From contig JBHLRQ010000056.1 of the NCBI GenBank assembly GCA_048882385.1, forward strand, positions 1 through 19,923: a stretch of 19,923 nt of DNA, written 5' to 3'. The notes under the pieces were generated by a model that was not told the DNA's origin, ran no database searches, and saw only the letters and a program-made list of their open reading frames with translations. The first letter of the stretch is position 1. Each line of letters starts with the position of its first letter. The translations under genes and the position numbers were made by a program. The stretch comes from Candidatus Thorarchaeota archaeon (GTDB taxonomy: Archaea; Asgardarchaeota; Thorarchaeia; Thorarchaeales; Thorarchaeaceae). Below, in pieces: positions 17,137 to 19,923 of the stretch.

Positions 17137-17175
17137 AAAAATGAAAAAGAGAGAGATGAGGGGTCTATCCCCCTC
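17137..17175 (-). terminator. Probable terminator of the minus-strand operon
   Basis: GAGGGG/CCCCTC stem (17158-17175) just after the stop at 17182, followed on the minus strand by TCTCTCTCTTTTTCATTTTT. Confidence 0.6.
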
Positions 17176-17181
17176 TATTTA

Positions 17182-17934
17182 CTAAGTTAGAACTGCGTCG
17201 ATTTCACCCACATCAGTCTGAGCTAAGATGGTAATTGACTGTGAAGCTGTACCATAGTCAGTGGTTTCATAGTGATTGGAAGTTATTTCAGTCCAACCAG
17301 CAGCTGTTATATCAACACCACCAACAGTTGTAGCACACTCGATACTTCCACCCACATCTGGAGGCAAATCCACAACTATGAAGATTCCGCCGGTGGTGGA
17401 TTCCAAATCGAATGATGGACTTCCAAGTAGAACCACTGCGTCACTCATTACGAAATTGATTTCACCTGCAGTCACTTGTACAGATATATCACCAACATGA
17501 GCGCCTTCATCTAGAATGATGTCAGCATCACCTGCTGAGGCAACTATATCAATTGTGTAATTAAGACCACTTCCAAGTGTGACATTTACGCCTGCTGCAG
17601 TGTAATCCAGTCGAATTACATTACTAGTGAATGTTACTGTTGGTGCGCCATCACGATCAAGAGTTGTGTTATCAACTCTAATGTCGACATCGTACAACAG
17701 TGTGGCATTATCGACAAATGTGACTACTACAGCTCCTGCAGCAAGATCTACATCCAGCATAACAGTTCCAGTGGTGGCTCCTACCTCTGCCTCAAAGGCA
17801 TAGTCGGTAGTCACAGGATTCCAGTTCCAATTCGTTGTGCCATAGTAGGATAATGCTCCTACAACCACAGCTCCAATGATTAGAACTGCAAATATGCACA
17901 CAACCATGCTTGTGTTTCTTTGATAATTACTCAT
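17182..17934 (-). CDS. Membrane-anchored DUF4097/LiaF-like beta-strand-repeat (toastrack) protein, 250 aa
   Basis: Start MSNYQ at 17934 with AAGGTG upstream, avoiding overlap with the regulator gene. One N-terminal TM helix, then repeated motifs AAGAVVV, SAGDADI, TAGEINF, TTGGIFI, TVGGVDI, DVGEIDA. Confidence 0.75.
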   Translation of the reverse strand: MSNYQRNTSMVVCIFAVLIIGAVVVGALSYYGTTNWNWNPVTTDYAFEAEVGATTGTVMLDVDLAAGAVVVTFVDNATLLYDVDIRVDNTTLDRDGAPTVTFTSNVIRLDYTAAGVNVTLGSGLNYTIDIVASAGDADIILDEGAHVGDISVQVTAGEINFVMSDAVVLLGSPSFDLESTTGGIFIVVDLPPDVGGSIECATTVGGVDITAAGWTEITSNHYETTDYGTASQSITILAQTDVGEIDAVLT

Positions 17935-17944
17935 TTCATACACC

Positions 17945-18574
17945 TTATGGATTGCGAGAGCGGGCGTGAGAGAGAAAGGCGTGCCAGTTCTCTCTGAGCT
18001 CTCTATATTGCGAATCTTCTTCCAGAGCATAGCGGCGCATGATTCGCGATGCATCGCCTCGTACGGATGATGGAAGGCTATCAAGGCCCTCTTCATCCAC
18101 AATCAGATTTCGAGAACTGATTTCGTTCTCTCGTCCGATCATCGCCGTCAGTAGTTCCACAGCCTCGTCAATCTGACTCTCTGGAATGTCTATACCATAG
18201 ACTGAGAGGCTTTTGATTATGGACTTCAGGCGTTTGGTGGCATCATCCCCAGTAGCTTGTACCATTTCACTGATGCCCATTCTATACTCCCTTGCGGAAG
18301 CACGATAGTATCGTTGAACAATACCTGTCTGGGTCTGCTCTGTTCGTTCTTCGAAGACAATTCCGACTTCTTTCAGCTTCTGAATATGATGCAGGATAGT
18401 ACCAGGGTTCTTTCCTGTCACCTCGGAGAGTTGTTTTACCGTCATTGCATCCTTGACTAGATAGTCAAAGACAATCTTCGCTCTAGTAGGCTCCATTAAC
18501 AGCTTGATCAGCTTCTTGTCTTCGATGATTTCCATATCCTTTATTCGTGGTTTACTTTTCTTGGAGCCACTCAC
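17945..18574 (-). CDS. ArsR-like winged helix-turn-helix transcriptional regulator
   Basis: LLMEPTRAKIV...MTVKQLSEVTGKNPGTILHHIQKLKEVGIV...QRYYRA. GTG start with GGAGGT in the upstream gene's last codons. Confidence 0.9.
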   Translation of the reverse strand: MSGSKKSKPRIKDMEIIEDKKLIKLLMEPTRAKIVFDYLVKDAMTVKQLSEVTGKNPGTILHHIQKLKEVGIVFEERTEQTQTGIVQRYYRASAREYRMGISEMVQATGDDATKRLKSIIKSLSVYGIDIPESQIDEAVELLTAMIGRENEISSRNLIVDEEGLDSLPSSVRGDASRIMRRYALEEDSQYRELRENWHAFLSHARSRNP

Positions 18575-18576
18575 TA

Positions 18577-19524
18577 CTATAGACCTCCTATAAAGCCAGG
18601 ACCGGTTTCACTGTCCTCTTCCTGTGGAATGAAATCCTCATCATCAGCCGTCAGAATCATGTAGACTCTAGTAAGACCAATAGAGAGGGCGGGTAGAGCA
18701 ATAAAAGCGAAGAAAATCGCCATTGGTATTGCATATATTGAAACAGCAACAAATCCAAGCCCTAAACTAGGTGGAAATGCGAATACAGCCACAATTATTG
18801 GTACGATTAAAGCGACTAATATGAGGAGGAAAGCCATCCAGAAACCGAAAACACGATCGAAATAATCAATACTCATTCTGAATGATTTCTTTGTAGCCTC
18901 AACAACAGAGTGTCCATCAATAATCGCTGGAAACAGCATTGTCAAAAACCCAGTAGTCAAGACCAACCAAATGATTCCAAGTCCTGACAATATCGGGCTA
19001 AGTGTAGACACAGATCCAGTACTGATGAAAGCTATATTGAGTATTTCATCTCCAAAGAGGGCTACTCCACCAAAGGCAACAAGAAATATTGGTCCAGCAA
19101 TGATCAGGAACATAACAAGTCCTCCGCCAGCTAGAGCGAAGAACTTCCTCTTGAACCATTGAAAGACTCCTTCTGCTGTTGTCCCCTCACTCTCAACAAT
19201 CTCACGACTCATTCCAAAGAGAGCACCAATTGCTACAAAGAAGGGTGTGACGAAAGGAAGTGCGAAGAGGAAAATTCCCAAAGCTAGGGTAGCACCCGAG
19301 GATGATCCTAAGAGGTTGAAAGAGTTAAGCCATATGACCATGTTTTCGAAGCCCATTATAAGCATGAGCGGGATGAAGACAAGTGCTGCAACTACGATCA
19401 GTAGCAGACCAGCAACAATGAAGACTCCAATTATCGCAAGCACGTAGGATATGACATTCTTTATTGCGAACTTGAAGCTGATCTTCAAGTCTTCAACAAG
19501 TGTTTGAAAGCTCGCGTTTTTCAT
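18577..19524 (-). CDS. Hypothetical multi-pass (about 6 TM) membrane protein
   Basis: Alternating hydrophobic segments, motif FPAIIDG..VVEATKKSF....YFDRVFG, and GGAGTGA RBS upstream. Confidence 0.85.
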   Translation of the reverse strand: MKNASFQTLVEDLKISFKFAIKNVISYVLAIIGVFIVAGLLLIVVAALVFIPLMLIMGFENMVIWLNSFNLLGSSSGATLALGIFLFALPFVTPFFVAIGALFGMSREIVESEGTTAEGVFQWFKRKFFALAGGGLVMFLIIAGPIFLVAFGGVALFGDEILNIAFISTGSVSTLSPILSGLGIIWLVLTTGFLTMLFPAIIDGHSVVEATKKSFRMSIDYFDRVFGFWMAFLLILVALIVPIIVAVFAFPPSLGLGFVAVSIYAIPMAIFFAFIALPALSIGLTRVYMILTADDEDFIPQEEDSETGPGFIGGL

Positions 19525-19550
19525 TGTTATTCACTCCAATAAAGTTGGAT

Positions 19551-19589
19551 GGAGAGTATCTTCAAAGTTTCCATTCGAAGACACTCTCC
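19551..19589 (-). other. Intergenic 16-bp RNA stem-loop
   Basis: Minus strand reads GGAGAGUGUCUUCGAA-UGGAAAC-UUUGAAGAUACUCUCC, giving 14 Watson-Crick pairs and 2 G-U pairs. Confidence 0.7.
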
Positions 19590-19602
19590 GGGTTCATCAG
19601 AC

Positions 19603-19923
19603 CTATACGATTGGTACGTCGTTCACAACACTCTGTGTTGCGATTTTACCTCCGGTAAGTTCCTGATACACCTTGACCCATGCGATCCTAACCATTGGGA
19701 GGAAAAGGAGGAGCCAGAGGAATACAAAGACAACGGTCCAAATCGTGAGCGCGGCAAGTACAGGAACAAAGGTCATTACCGGTACAGTTCCGATGTAGAC
19801 CAGGGCAACTCCCCAGGTGATTATGGGACCGAATGTTATCGCCAACAGTAGTACAATGGCAGTCAGGACACCAAAGACGCGATCGAAGTAACGGATAGCT
19901 AGGGAGTAAGATTCCTTGAAGGC
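19603..19923 (-). CDS. Membrane protein, 3' part only (start lies beyond the window), paralogue of 18577..19524
   Basis: Frame is open to the window end (AFKESYSLAIRYFDRVFGVLTAIVLLLAITFGP...). It shares YFDRVFG and the C-terminal LP...IA..KVY / LP...IG..RVY pattern with the downstream gene. Confidence 0.8.
   Translation of the reverse strand, partial: AFKESYSLAIRYFDRVFGVLTAIVLLLAITFGPIITWGVALVYIGTVPVMTFVPVLAALTIWTVVFVFLWLLLFLPMVRIAWVKVYQELTGGKIATQSVVNDVPIV

Noticed and set aside
17935-18102. 56-aa N-terminal extension of the DUF4097-like ORF
   Set aside because: It overlaps the wHTH gene in another frame, and ATG 17934 has an RBS and directly precedes the TM helix.
19551-19600. AUGA plus hairpin as a SECIS element
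   Set aside because: The AUGA/GA kink-turn geometry and apical AA spacing do not fit, and no in-frame UGA candidate is visible in the neighbouring genes.
19549-19851. 100-aa plus-strand ORF
   Set aside because: It is antisense to the minus-strand membrane gene, which is supported by paralogy.

Overview
Gene-dense, probably archaeal window. TATA-like boxes, GGAGG/GGTG ribosome-binding sites, many N-glycosylation sequons and the gene content suggest an Asgard/Thorarchaeia-like host, but this is inference only. From left to right it holds: a 5'-truncated ABC-2-type ATPase, translationally coupled to a giant (about 2265 aa) type-I membrane protein with an FG-GAP/VCBS-like beta-propeller, about 66 acidic DxDxDG calcium-binding repeats, one TM helix and a cytoplasmic beta-sandwich; two paralogous ~110-aa 3-TM genes flanking an internally duplicated membrane protein; a radical SAM gene divergent from flavodoxin, YhhN and TPR genes; an 1101-aa GNAT fusion protein; and a minus-strand operon of two paralogous membrane proteins, an ArsR-like wHTH regulator and a DUF4097/LiaF-like protein. 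The most notable non-coding signal is that the last 11 codons of the giant gene recur 423 bp downstream with only synonymous changes and a dyad-symmetric core, bracketing one small membrane gene like an attL/attR minimal cassette. Also notable are a mirror-symmetric divergent promoter with 12-bp perfect inverted repeats and a central operator, and a 16-bp G-U-containing RNA hairpin between the tandem paralogues. No rRNA, tRNA, CRISPR array, integrase or transposase was seen.
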